Assembly: GCF_004010195.1 (NCBI RefSeq)
Contig: NC_057718.1
Span: forward strand, 49,749,239-49,813,238
Source of the DNA: Chiloscyllium plagiosum
Lineage: Eukaryota
DNA: 64,000 nucleotides
Direction of reading: 5' to 3'
Position numbers and translations under genes: made by a program. This document shows, piece by piece, positions 12,678 to 25,749 of the stretch; position 1 is the stretch's first letter, and each line of letters opens with the position of its first letter. Under the pieces are notes generated by a model. That model did no database searches, was not told the origin of the DNA, and saw only the letters and a program-made list of their open reading frames with translations.

Positions 12678-15479
12678 AAAAAAGTGTTTCACAATCCCAA
12701 TATAAATCAAACACTGAAATAATGACAAGGATTGATGATGATTTTTGGAAGCATTTATGAATTCTGTTAATAATAGTTGAATTGTTTAAAACATAAATTA
12801 TTACAAATTAGCCACAGTGCAGCAGATGGAATGTTTTGGGCCAGTTTCTGCTCAATAACTACTTCTGAATTTAAACACAAATACCATCCATATGGAATGT
12901 CCTCCAGATCCCCTTCAAAAAAATGTACATTACTAAAAGCTGAACACATCATTTTTTAAGCTAGTTTAGAAAATACAATTCTCCATAATATAAAGTCAGT
13001 GCGAGAAATAAATCCTAATCTCATTGTATGGCTGCCATCAAGTGGTCAATTGCATTCATTACAAGCATCATTAGAATCAAATGATGCTTAATGATCAGGC
13101 ATGTGGAACAAAGGTCACCTTAAACCCTTGTACTCATCAAAAGAACATCATAACTACAGTCATTTTATACGCTTAACATATTCATCTAAGTGACGGTTTT
13201 CTATTTTCTGGACTGATGCTCACTGTTTTCCATTAGGCAGTTTCCGAAACTCCACAGCAGCATCTGGGGAATGTGTAGATCAGAATTTCAAAATCAATTT
13301 CCAGTTCATAGAATGAAGATTAATTAGGTTCATCTAAAAGAAAATTCAGAGCTGATATCTTTGGGCTGTAAAATTAATATACAACAATTAAATTGTATTT
13401 AAGTCTACATTCTGTTTCTAAATAGTATCTATCCGCTTTGAAAGCCTGGTTTATGTATAAATATTAATGAGGTAACTATTGCTGTTTTACTGCAATGAGG
13501 CACCTCAGAACAAAGGTCCATAATGGTGGTCAAGGAGTTTGTATCATTGATTTTCCCCGTGCTTTTGAATTCCCAATCCTCAGTTCTGTCATGTGTAAGG
13601 AAGAAATCAAAAATCTCTGCAGAAGATCAGAAGGCTAACACATTGTTCAGTGCTGAATGTGCACAGGTTTATAAAGAGATCATCTATACTAATAACACTG
13701 TACTCATGGGCCAAGGCAAAGAAGAAACAAATAATCGGTAGTTTATTCAAAAAGACGACAGGGAATTTAATTTGGAAAACCAAAATTTAAAATGGCAATT
13801 TTCATTTGTAAAACTTTTTTGACCGTGGAAAAAGTCCAAGGTGTTTTCTCATGTATGACCAAGAAAACCGTCTGAGGATTAAAGAAAGAAATATTAAGTA
13901 GCGTGATGAAAACCTTAAAGAATTGGACTTGAGGATCACTACAAGGTGGAAATGAGGATCGAAGCTAAGTGCATGAAATTCAATGCATGCACCTTATAGA
14001 AGTGAAGGTTTCGTCATCAGTAGTACTTCAAAGGGAACTGAAATGCACAGAAGACCAAAGTGGGTTTCAGTGGGGAATAGTACAAGGCTTGCGATGGTTA
14101 GATTGAGAGAGATAGCATAAACGCATTTAAATGCTTTAAACTTTGAGAACTAAGGGCCAAAGTGGACCATCAAGCACAAATGTCGTGGAACAGCAAGGCT
14201 GCGAGCCGCATAGAATGTTGGTCAGAGTTAGGCAGAGACAAACTTTGCAGTTTGTATAAGAAAACTGCCAAGTGAACATTCAAATAGTGAAAATCTGAAT
14301 GTGGCCAGGCATGGATTAAAGTTTCAGCACCAGATGGATGGGGTTGGAATACTTTATGGAAGTAATCAATTTCTCTATAGGACAGTGAGTGCGCAGAAGC
14401 TCAGGGTCGAGAAGAAAGTCAAAGTTACAAATGCAATGGGTCAACCTGCGACAATGACCCAAAAAAGGGTGGAGTTTGTGGCAAGGGCACAAAGACTCTG
14501 GTGAGTCCAAAACAATAGCGATGATTGTAGTGTGTGGTAATGTGAGGTATGTAATGGACCTGAGTGATGCTACCATTGAAGTGGCATCCTAATGGTTACA
14601 TGTATCCTCTCAGCTTCTCAGAAAAGCTCCCCACTGAATATTTAGCAGCATTTAAGTCCACAAGAAGTTACTAACCTGATCGACCCCATCAATAAGAAAG
14701 GCTGATATTGGTAGGTGGTCTGCAGTGTCAACACAGTATTTGATTGAGGGAAGGACAGTCAGGACAGGTGAAGTATAAGGTTTCCTTTCTCGGATCAGAT
14801 GAGTTTTCCTGTTCAAAAAGACAAATATAAAGCTGCCTCAGTGACCTGCCCTTGCTGCGGCTCTCGGGGGTTTCTGATGGAAAAAGTGTCACCGTTTGGT
14901 CAACTAGGCGTATAATTTCAATTGCGGTCAGGTTCTAATGCTGTCCTCACTGATTGACACATCTAAAACAGGGGAAAGCTGTTAGTCTGTTTTACTTTTC
15001 CCCCTGCCCACTGAAAGCTGGGAAGACTGGCTTAAGAGAAACATAAGTTTCTTCCCAACTTCTCAATGTTGAACTTGGAGGATAATTTACACCAAACAAG
15101 AGTGAATTTTTGCATCGTTGATTTGTTACAGCACAGAGGTCATCATTTGGTCCATCATGCCTATACCAGGTATTCAAACAAGCATCATTGGTACCAATTT
15201 GTTGCTCCATCCCCATTCCTTGCACACTGCTGCAAGGAACTGTGGTTCAACACAGCAGTTTTGAAAAGTGTAAATTTCTAAACAAACCCATGGAAAGAAG
15301 AAAAAAATGATAGGCTCAAGGGAGATCTCTGGTTTGTGAGTAAGGGTAAAGAATTTCAACTTTCTACTGATCTCCAGTATTCAGTTGATAGGACAAGAGT
15401 AAGGTTAAAATGATTTAAAGTATTTAAAACTGCAGTAAATAAAATAACTTTATTATACTTTTAAGTATGGAAGAGTAGC

Positions 15480-16020
15480 TTGGCCAAGTGCAGTGTCTAG
15501 TCTGTAGCATGCAGGAATTTATACATCTACTGCGTCTTAAGATAAGTCCATGAGCAGGAATGGTCACTGGCTGCACCACTTTGAGCTTCAGGTTGAAGAG
15601 CTCGAGCAGCTCGAGTCACTGAGGTGCACTTACAATGCAAATGGCTTCATAGACAGCACATTCAAAGAAATGGTTACACTACAACTTAGGGGCCAACAAC
15701 AGGTAGGGAACAGGTGATTGTGAGGCAGTCTGAGAGAATGAAGCAGCTTGAGCAGGAATTCTCAGAAATCACACTCACTAACTGGTTTTCCATTTGGAAT
15801 ATCAGTGGGGTGCTGGATCCCTGCAGGAGTGCAGCAGGAATATCCGTGGCATCACGGGTGGCCCAGCTATACAGGAGGGGAAGAGGAAGAGTGGAAGGTC
15901 AGTAAGGAAAGAAGATTCTTTGTTGAGGGAAATAGGCAGCTGCTTGTTGGCTGTAAACCAGAATCCAACTTGGTTTGTTGTCTCTCTGTTGATAGGAAAA
16001 GGGACATCACAGAAAGCAGC
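15480..16020 (+). mobile_element. Decayed CR1 ORF1-like fragment
   Basis: Cys-rich start, LELQVEELEQL-like coiled segment and VCCL...RDIT esterase-like remnant, with many stops. Confidence 0.45.
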
Positions 16021-18654
16021 AGGGCTCTGCGTACAGAATGCACTGTCTGGAGGTTTAGTGGGGGCAGGTTCGACTGAGGCACTCAAGGCGGCATTGAGTG
16101 CTTTTTAAGTAAAAACAATATACTGAGTTGTGGGAAAAAGGCTGGAGCTTGGCACTATGGTGAAACGCTTAGAGAGCCAGTTCTGACATTGGCCTGCTTC
16201 TGCAGGGCAGCACTTCTGTCATTCTGTGAAATGAACACAAGAGGCTATGAAATGTGCTGATGGAAAGATGAAATGCGGCATTTTTAGGCAAATCACTATC
16301 AAAACTCTCAGCTTTCTTGCCTGGTTCCACCCCACCTTACTCAGAAATAACTAAATCCCTTATTCATCAAAAGACTCCTAACTTCAACCTTGAAAACGTC
16401 AGTTTATATCCACCCATTGCTCAAATCCAGATTTCTACTCTCACTCTGACCATGCTTGACCTCACAAACATCTTCCTCCCTGACTTCCAGATTTTCATCC
16501 TAGCTAACCTCTAAGTCATCTATAATGCAGTTACCAACTTTATTTCCAACTTACCCATCACCTCAATGGTTGATCTTTCAACTCTAGCCTCTTATGTTAC
16601 CTACCAGTCACCTTAAAGTTATGTCTCTCCTTGTACTCTCCAAATTCCGTTTTTAATGATCATTTTAGTCATCTACCCTAACATTCCATTTGCACCCTGA
16701 TATATGAGAAGCATCTTCCTAACAATTGTAAATCTGCTATATATGCAACCTCAGTCACTGAAATCGTCACCCTGATTACAACTTCCATCTTAAGGAGCTT
16801 TTGACAGCATAATTTTGAGAACATTAATTAGGATTTTTAAAAAAACCCTCCTTTGCATATGTGATTGCAATATAAGAAAGAAAATAATTGATTCTGAACC
16901 CAGTTAAATACATACCTTGTGGTTACTTCAAGTCAATAAAATTTCACCAAAATTATCCTTAAAATTCAACCACATTTTTCATTTCAATTTGTTGATTTTA
17001 ATACTACAACTAATTTTTTATTTTGCTATAAAGTTTAAAATGTTTAAATAAGTTTTCAAATTATTTGCAACTTCAATTGTAATTGCATAATAATATTCAA
17101 GACATTAATCATTAAAATATCTAATGGTTTCAGCAGAGATCCTTTCCTATGTTTTACAGAAATATAGTACATAGTGGACTACTCATAGTTCAGTGTGTGA
17201 AAATCATTCTGAATTTCAGTAGGCAATGGAATACTAACGTGGAAGGATCAATGAGCTTGTAAATCATTCCTCGTGAGACATATGCACTTGGAAAGGAAGT
17301 CACCAAGAAGTATAATTCCCTTCGAGATGTTATTAAACATTGTTTAGGAAATAAGATTGATTATTGACAGAATTATGTAGTTGGTGACATGGATTTATTC
17401 ATAAAGGCATTTGACATATTTGGTATCTTGCTTCTAAACCATTTGCTTCACAGTTGTCTATGTACAAAACCTCAGGCACAATTGTGCCTGCCATTCAATG
17501 ACTCAGGATTATCGAACTGCTCTACCATACACATGTACTGCTCTGCCCATTTTCCCAAAGTCAAAGGATTACTTTCACTACGTGCTTAACACAATCTTTT
17601 AAGATCTGTAGAGAATTATTTGGGCAGCATACCGAGACTAGAAATGACCCCGTAGCAAATGATATCAGCATGCCACATTCAAATTAAATTTGCCTTTCAT
17701 CTATACATTTTATGAATCAACAGTAAATTATTCACTTTATTTTTTAGGGACAGGATATTTCTAATAATTCTAAGAGCTATTATTTGAAGCCCAGTCCTTA
17801 AACCACTTGCATGGACTGGATCCTACGCATCATCCTGAGTCTTTTGCATGAAAGTCAGGTTTGGTTGAAACTGAAATTAAAAAGCCAAATTTCCCAAGCA
17901 GTGGCTTGAGCACTGGTCTGCCACTCCACTCCTTCATTCTTACGCTGCTCCAGTGCTCCACGTTTCTAACCTGGAATTCCATATCAGACCTATTGAAAAA
18001 TGTGGGGTACACCAAACCTTAGAGTCTTACAGCGCAATGCAGGATCACTGCTGTGGGTTAAGCCAAACCCTCTTTTTAAAGATGGTGATTGCTGGCAGGG
18101 TGCCAGGTGGGGCTAGGGTACTAGGTTGGGGCAAGGCTGGGTTCCAGCTGGGTGCAGAGCTAAGTTGTAAGGAAATGGGCTGGGTGTCGGGTTGGGGATA
18201 ATGTACCAGGTTGATTGCTAAGGTGACAAGTAGGTTGGTGTTTAGTTAGGCACTGTGTTTGTGGTACACTAAAATCATAAGTAGAACACGAGGCAGACAG
18301 AAGGTAAACTTGAACGTGAAATATTTTATTGGTGCATCCTCTCAGCTCCACACTCAGTCTTAGACTACCCCCGCCCAGGTCCTGCCTCTGGGTCACCTGA
18401 CCCACTCACTTAAAGGGGCAACAGACTCTCAACTACATACATAAGAGAGCCGGGTAGATGGGCGAGGAGTAGGATTCCAGATGGAAAAGAAAGTTGGGTG
18501 CCAGGTTGGCTTGAGGCTGGGTTTCAGGTGTTCAGGAGCAAAGATATCAGATTTCTAAGTGGGTTGTCTGACTGGCCGGTTGATAAAGGTGGTAGTCAGG
18601 CCAGGGTGAGGGGGTGAGGGGGTGGGGTTGGTTTGAGGGGGTGTCGCAATTAGT

Positions 18655-20030
18655 GTGGTGCTAGAAAAGGACGGCAGGTCAGGCAGCATCCAAGGAGCAG
18701 GAAAATTGACATTTTGGGTAGGAGCCCTTCATCAGGGGACTGAGAGATAAAGTCGGAGGCTGTGATTGTGGAGGAAGATGATGGCTGGGAAGGCAGTAGG
18801 TGGATGCAGCTGGTGTTGATGGTCATAGGTCATTGGGAAGGGTGGGGCAAATAGGTGGGAAGGAAGATGGATAGGTTCAGCAGGTCAAGAGGGCGGTGCT
18901 GAGTTGGAGGGTTGGATCTGCAATGAAGTGGAGGGGGGGGAAAAGGGAGATTTGGATACTAGTGAAGTTGATGCCATGTGACTGAAGGGTCCCAAGGGAG
19001 AAGATGAGGCATTCTTTCTCTAGTTGGCGGGTGGCTGGGATTTGGCAGTGGAGACGGCCCAGGACTTGTATGCCCTTGGTGAAGTGGGAGGGGGAGGTGA
19101 AGTGGGAGGGGGAGTTGAAGTGCTCAGCCACAGGGTGGTGGGGTTGTTTGGTGTGTGTTCCAGAAATGTTTTCTGAAATGTTTCGTGAGTTGGCATCATG
19201 TCTCCCTGATATAGAGGAGACCACATCAAGGACACAGTAGATGAGGTGCTTGGATGTGCAGGAAAATCTCTGCTGAATGTGAAAAGATCCTTTGGGGCCT
19301 TGGATGGAGTTGAGTAGGGAGATCTGCAGATGCGCTGGAGGACATAGTTGATTTCCTCCACTTCCAGCACCTCCGCCCTTGAACCCGACCCTTCCAACCG
19401 CAATAAGGATAGAACCCTCGGTCTCACCGTCCACTCAACTAATCTCCGGATACAGCGCATTATCCCCTGCCATTTCTGCCACCTACAATCAGACCCCACC
19501 ACCCGAGATATATTTCCCTCCCCACCCCTATCTATGTTACACAGAGACTATTCCCTCCACCACTCCCTAATTAAGCCCACACCCACCAGCAAACCATTCC
19601 GCCTTCAGAGTCGGCACCTTCCCTTGTCGCTAAAAGAGGTATAAAACCTATACCCACACCTTCCCCCTCACCTCCATTCAAGGCCCCAAGAGACTCTTTC
19701 ACATCTGGCACAGTTTTTCCCACACATCCAGACATCTCATCTACTACGTCCGTTGCTCTCAATGTGGTCTCTATATTGGGGAGATAGGACACCAACTCGC
19801 AGAACATTTCAAGGAGCATCTCTGGGATACACACACCAAACAACCCCACCGACCTGTGGCTGACCACTTCAACTCCCTCACCTACTCCACTAAGGACATG
19901 CAAGTCTTGGGCCTCCTCCACCTCCACCTCCAAATTCAAATCACCTGAAGACTGGAGGAAGAATGCCTCATCTTCTATCTTGGGACCCTTCAACCACTCA
20001 GCATCAACATTGACTTCACTGATTTCACTG
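18655..20030. mobile_element. Penelope-like element with inverted arrangement (minus 18655-~19335, plus ~19348-20030)
   Basis: GIY-YIG-type sequence (C.S.HLIY...C...YIGE...PVA.HFNSPSH...LIF.LGTLQP) is present in both orientations. Confidence 0.85.
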
Positions 20031-20640
20031 TCAATGACAAAATTCATTAAGTTTAGCATTCCATTCATTGGTTTCAGTTGAATTTTTGATGGCATTATAT
20101 ATTGTTCCACCATAAAATCCCCTTCCACTCTCCTCACCAATATTCGCACACCACCCATTCTCAAATAACAAAATCTCTTGAATATTAATCTGGTGACAAT
20201 TAGAACTGAGTTTTTCAGACAAGCATAATCATTTTGATTGACTTTTTAAAAGCATAAATACATTATTTTGCACATGCTTTATTACAGAAGTGTTCACCAT
20301 TTATTTGCAAAATATTTGTAGGTTTGTTATAAAATAAACTTGCCATTATAACGCATTAGTCATAGGGTCATGGTGATGTACAGCACTATGCCGACCTCTC
20401 TCAATGCTTTGTATTTGCATACCTATCAAGATTTTATAGCTTTCTAGCTAGAATTTTATTTACCACTGCTGTATTGTAGAATGCTCTCCAAAAAAACCTT
20501 GGTGAATGCCCCTCATTGAAGAAAATCTAGGCCTACTGGAAGTAGCAACCCTTCTGTCATTACTAGACCCTTTGCTGTCTGCTACATGTCACGTGATGAG
20601 ATGAACTGATCATTCCTAAATCAGTGTTAAAATAGTGTAC

Positions 20641-20729
20641 TTTATTTAATATAAATCTCAGGAGCAGTTTCCTTACAGTGGGGTTAACAATAAAATAAAA
20701 TGTTTGCAAACCTTTTCTTCCCTTTTATT
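20641..20729 (-). terminator. Candidate TAF1A polyadenylation signals (AATAAA on minus at 20724-20729 and 20641-20646)
   Basis: tttatt on the + strand 79 and 162 nt past the stop codon. Confidence 0.45.
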
Positions 20730-20807
20730 TGAGAGAGATTCCAAATATTTAAAAGTTTCGACAATGACTTTTGATTTCTATGAGCTGTACGTGCAGAGTC
20801 CTACAAT

Positions 20808-20917
20808 TCAAGATTTATTTGGCAGACTGTGATTCTTTATATATTGTCTCATCTTCTTCAATTTCGTTTCCTGAAGTTTATATCCCAGTTGGTAAATGGT
20901 GACAAAGTATTTGCAGC
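20808..20917 (-). CDS. TAF1A: TAF1A terminal coding exon (110 nt incl. TGA)
   Basis: Poly-T tract then tag|. GCKYFVTIYQLGYKLQETKLKKMRQYIKNHSLPNKS*. The ten exons sum to 1353 nt = 450 codons + stop. Confidence 0.9.
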
Positions 20918-21036
20918 CTACAAAAAAAAAAGGAACAAATTCAAAGCTTGGCTAACGGCAGCTGGATGCAGACACAAATCCTCAATCCTGGCAAAATAGT
21001 AACCAAGGCCTCCATTTTAATCAGTGAAGAGTGAGT

Positions 21037-21643
21037 GGAGGGAAAAAGTAGTCAGGTTGGGGAGGGAAAAAGTAGTCAGGTTGGGGAGGGAAAAAGTAGT
21101 CAGGTTGGGGAGGGAAAAAGTAGTCAGGTTGGGGAGGGAAAAAGTAGTCAGGTTGGGGAGGGAAAAAGTAGTCAGGTTGGGGAGGGAAAAAGTAGTCAGG
21201 TTGGGGAGGGAAAAAGTAGTCAGGTTGGGGAGGGAAAAAGTAGTCAGGTTGGGGAGGGAAAAAGTAGTCAGGTTGGGGAGGGAAAAAGTAGTCAGGTTGG
21301 GGAGGGAAAAAGTAGTCAGGTTGGGGAGGGAAAAAGTAGTCAGGTTGGGGAGGGAAAAAGTAGTCAGGTTGGGGAGGGAAAAAGTAGTCAGGTTGGGGAG
21401 GGAAAAAGTAGTCAGGTTGGGGAGGGAAAAAGTAGTCAGGTTGGGGAGGGAAAAAGTAGTCAGGTTGGGGAGGGAAAAAGTAGTCAGGTTGGGGAGGGAA
21501 AAAGTAGTCAGGTTGGGGAGGGAAAAAGTAGTCAGGTTGGGGAGGGAAAAAGTAGTCAGGTTGGGGAGGGAAAAAGTAGTCAGGTTGGGGAGGGAAAAAG
21601 TAGTCAGGTTGGGGAGGGAAAAAGTAGTCAGGTTGGGGAGGGA
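21037..21643. repeat. Minisatellite: 25 identical copies of 24-bp ggagggaaaaagtagtcaggttgg plus a partial copy
   Basis: Directly visible; lies in the last TAF1A intron. Confidence 0.98.
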
Positions 21644-21759
21644 TGGTGTTTGGGGGTTTGGTTTGGTGGAGGCTTGAGAAACGCTGTTAGTGACAGGGTT
21701 ACTCCACAGTTTAAATTGTGCAACACTTGTAGGTTAAGGATTGGGGCGAGTTGCATATA

Positions 21760-22581
21760 CAGAGGAACCTCGATTATCCGAACGAGGTGGGTGGGCACAG
21801 TTTCGTTCAGATAATCAATTATCCGATTAATCGATTCAATGCCTTTCCGCTGGGGTTCGGAGTTTTCTATTAAGGCTGCTCCCTGTTCAGGAGACAATGC
21901 AGCAGCACACCGTGTGCGAGCCCCCACTACCTCCCCCAACCCCATCNNNNNNNNNNNNNNNNNNNNNNNNNNNNNNNNNNNNNNNNNNNNNNNNNNNNNN
22001 NNNNNNNNNNNNNNNNNNNNNNNNNNNNNNNNNNNNNNNNNNNNNNNNNNNNNNNNNNNNNNNNNNNNNNNNNNNNNNNNNNNNNNNNNNNNNNNNNNNN
22101 NNNNNNNNNNNNNNNNNNNNNNNNNNNNNNNNNNNNNNNNNNNNNNNNNNNNNNNNNNNNNNNNNNNNNNNNNNNNNNNNNNNNNNNNNNNNNNNNNNNN
22201 NNNNNNNNNNNNNNNNNNNNNNNNNNNNNNNNNNNNNNNNNNNNNNNNNNNNNNNNNNNNNNNNNNNNNNNNNNNNNNNNNNNNNNNNNNNNNNNNNNNN
22301 NNNNNNNNNNNNNNNNNNNNNNNNNNNNNNNNNNNNNNNNNNNNNNNNNNNNNNNNNNNNNNNNNNNNNNNNNNNNNNNNNNNNNNNNNNNNNNNNNNNN
22401 NNNNNNNNNNNNNNNNNNNNNNNNNNNNNNNNNNNNNNNNNNNNNNAGAAAGAAAGAAAGAAAGAAAAGATGGATGGAGAGAGAGAGCGATGTGATCAGT
22501 AATGGACATATGTCTTTGATATAATGTTTCTGTCGGGATCTCATTTGGATAATTGATATTCGGATAATAGAGGTTCCTCGG
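21760..22581. mobile_element. Tigger/pogo-like (Tc1-mariner) non-autonomous DNA transposon spanning the N-gap
   Basis: TIRs CAGAGGAACCTCGATTATCCGAA and TTCGGATAATAGAGGTTCCTCGG, flanked by TA at 21758-59 and 22582-83. Confidence 0.8.
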
Positions 22582-23887
22582 TATCTAGATCATGTTTCTG
22601 ACTCAGTTAGTGTCAGAATTGTTCACAACACCCAGGAAAGTGTAAATCTGCTCTTCAGACATTTGAAGCTCCCAGGCAGTGCTGTCACAAACATTAGAAT
22701 GCCTTTGGGTGCCCAGTACAAGACAGTAGGTAAAGTTCAATGCACTCCCATTCCTGATAAACAAATTATGGCCCATTATTGTCTTAAATCGTACATACTA
22801 CAGGCTCCTATATCTCACTCCTAGCCAATGTTGAATTGCTTCAACTGGGCAGCAGCTGGGATTCCTACCTGATATTTAGGACCAGAGCCAGAAAGGGAAT
22901 ACCAGATCATCCAGCAATATCTGACAGAAGCACATTTTTAGCTTTAGGGAAATTGATTAAACTTGAATGTGCAAATTTTGTGGCATAGAATATGTTTCTT
23001 TTAGGAATGATGATAAAATAACAATTCCTCAGGCAATCATAAGATGCACTAGTACAGCCAAAGTTGTATTTTCAAAGGAAGTGTGACAATTTGTTTCACT
23101 CACCAAATGTTTCAAATGCTAATAAGTCTATGAGAAATTATCTCAAAGGTCTCAAAAGGAGGGCCCAACCAACTCAATCTTCTGCTGCTTAAGCATACTG
23201 TCTGCATGGTTTAAATCTCAGCTGCACATACAGTTGTGAAGTACAGAGGTTTATTCAGAAGGATATTACGGCTTCTGTTCAAAATCCATGACCTGAACAC
23301 TACGCTCTCTCTACTTTTCCCATTAGAAAATGTCTGCAACTACAAGTTCTTGTGATTGTTAAGTCTTTGAGGAGCACTTTATAAATATATTAAAAAACAA
23401 AATATGACACTGGTGCAAAAGACATTGTCAGGGCAAATGGCCAAAAACATTGCCTGTTGCTAGTTTTTGAGGAGGAAAGAGAGATTGAGAGATAGAAGGA
23501 AGGAATTTCAGAGCTTAGGATCAAATCAGGCAAAGACATAGCAACCAAATAATGGGATTGTTAAAATTACTCAATAGGCTATAATTACTGAGGTGCAGAT
23601 ACCTCGGTGGTTTGTGATACTGGAGAAGAACACAGAGATAGGGAGGGAAGGAAAAAAGGAAAGTTTTAAAATCAAAGCGTTGAACTGGAAGCTGCTGACC
23701 CAACATGTCCAGAGAGTGGACGGATTTATTGCAATTTAGGATGCAGGCAGAGTTTTGGTTGACCTGAAGTTTCTGGAGAATAAAACGCAAGTTTTCCCAC
23801 TGTCCCTTTATAACTGTGGGATTGAATTTGCAAAGAAGTCTAATTCCACAAACATGTGATTAGTTTAAGAGATACATTTTGATTTAC

Positions 23888-24042
23888 CTTTCCCCATTAG
23901 GATTCCTGCAACCATTGCTTTCCTTGAAGCATAGCTCTCATTTTGTTCAAAATCCTTGTGTGCTCGATATTTGCTGAAATGATACGCAGGCCACCAGTCT
24001 TGTCTGGACTCCCACTGCTCATGGATCCAGTCACAGTGACCC
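23888..24042 (-). CDS. TAF1A: TAF1A coding exon 9 (155 nt)
   Basis: tag|...|gtaaat. GHCDWIHEQWESRQDWWPAYHFSKYRAHKDFEQNESYASRKAMVAGILMGK, containing the W.SR..WWP..HFS motif. Confidence 0.94.
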
Positions 24043-24579
24043 CTAAAGGGACAGAAAACAATGGCACTGTAAAATAGACATCTTTGTTATCAATTTGATT
24101 TTCAAACTCCAGTGAGGAAGAATCCTCAGCTCACAGACTGGAGTACAGAATCTAAGCTGACACACTATTACTGCCACTACTGATATTTATATTACAGCCT
24201 TAAAATATTTACTCGTCTCAAAGCCCTTCACAGGAGGCTCATGAAGCAGAATGTGGAACACATAAGGAGATCTCAGAATAGGCCAAAAGTGACAAAGGGA
24301 TGGTGATAATGAGCATCTTAAAAGGAGGAAACAAAAACAAATGACGGAAAAAGCAAAGCAGGTCGGGCAGCATTTGCTGAGAGAAAGAATTAATGTTTCA
24401 GGTCCACTACTCTCCTTCAGAACGGAGGATGTGGATTGTGCAAGGCAGAGGTGGTTTTGGAGTGAGAATTTCAGAGTTCACAGGTTACAGTTTTGCATTT
24501 GAAGGCACAGCCACCGGGGTAGAACAATTAGAATTAATATTCAAAACGCCAGAATTAAACTATCACAGATACCTCGGAT

Positions 24580-24752
24580 AGAGGCAAAACACCTGCAGAC
24601 GCTGGAATCCAAAACGGACAAGCAGGACGCTGGAAGAACACAACAAGCCAGGCAGCATCAGGAGGAGGAATAGTTAAACCCGAAATGTTGACTCCTCCTC
24701 CTCCTCCTGACGCTGCCTATTGGGGGGTCTTGCAGGCTCCTGCTTGTCTACT
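24580..24752. mobile_element. Older PLE-derived fold-back element
   Basis: ggcagcatcaggaggagg / cctcctcctgacgctgcc arms; near-TSD acagata(c/t)ct(c/t)gg. Confidence 0.6.
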
Positions 24753-25749
24753 ACAGATATCTTGGGGACTTGTGGTTTAATTGAGTAGATAGAGATAGTG
24801 ATGGATGAGGCCATGGAAGGATTTTAAGCAATGAATGAGAATTTGAAAGGGGGTTTCAGTGAGCAGAGGGATAGAGAGATCTGGTGCCAATAAGGAAAGG
24901 AGATCCAGGGATCTGGTGCCAATAAGGACACAAAGCTTTGGCGACGTTAAGCTTTCAGAAAAGAGATTCTGGGAGGTTGGCCAGCAGTGTTTTGGAACAG
25001 CCCCAGTCTTGGTAGACTAAGATGGAACAGCAGCAGATGGAATAGAGACTGGATGCCAGCAAAGCAATGTGATCATGTTGGACAGTGAAAGAGTCGAGGG
25101 TGATAATGTTGAGGGAGAGCTGACTGTCCAAGTGAAAACTAACAGGGTTTTTGAGTGATGTTGCCAAAGGACAGCACATTGATAAGCAATAGGAAGCAGG
25201 ATCAAAAATAGACCCAGGGGATTCCAAAGGTAATAAGAATGAATAAGTTGCAAGTAATTCACTGATTAGAACGAGACAAATGCAGCCACATCCAGCCCGA
25301 CAAGCACATTGAGATATTAGAGGAAGATGGAGTAGTCGAACATATCAAAGGTCACATCTAAGTCAAGAAGAACGAAGAGGGAAAGATTACCTTTGTCATA
25401 GTCACTTAGGATGTCAGTTGTGACTCCGATAACAATTGCCTCAGTATGGTGACAGAGAGAAAACCTGATGGAAAGGATTTAAGTATGGAGTTCCAGAGAA
25501 GGTACCAACTGATTTGGGAAGAAAATGGAGGTTGGAGATGGGATGTTCAGTGTTTGAGGAGATTGTAGTTTGCAATGACAGTGAGATCAAAAATCTGTCA
25601 ATTCAGATAACTATGATAACAGATTTGAAGGCAAGATAGACAGTATTTGACCAGCATTAAAAGGATCATCCCGAATGTGGAATTATAATAAACAATGGTG
25701 ACAACATTTAAAAATAATCTACAGTTTAAAGAATGGAATTTACACAGTA

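Larger units (their letters stand above)
10551..13060. repeat. Old head-to-tail tandem duplication (copy 1 ~10551-11970, copy 2 ~11975-13060)
   Basis: Colinear diverged similarity. Copy 1 carries a CR1 insertion (~10915-11565) and copy 2 an HE1 SINE (12383-12677) at different positions. Confidence 0.85.

Noticed and set aside
13222..13335. Exon-like segment on minus (ttttcttttag ... gtgagc)
   Set aside because: Stops in all frames and no recognisable homology; cannot be supported without transcripts.
18259..18436. Short TG...CA segment resembling a solo LTR
   Set aside because: No TSD found.
21024..21814. Long repetitive ORFs (REKVVRLG)n and (EGKSSQVG)n; CRISPR-like appearance
   Set aside because: They result from a stop-free 24-bp minisatellite. 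There are no spacers and the context is a eukaryotic intron.
21628..22544. ORFs containing X runs (also 50051-50858 and 56959-57711)
   Set aside because: They read through assembly N-gaps.
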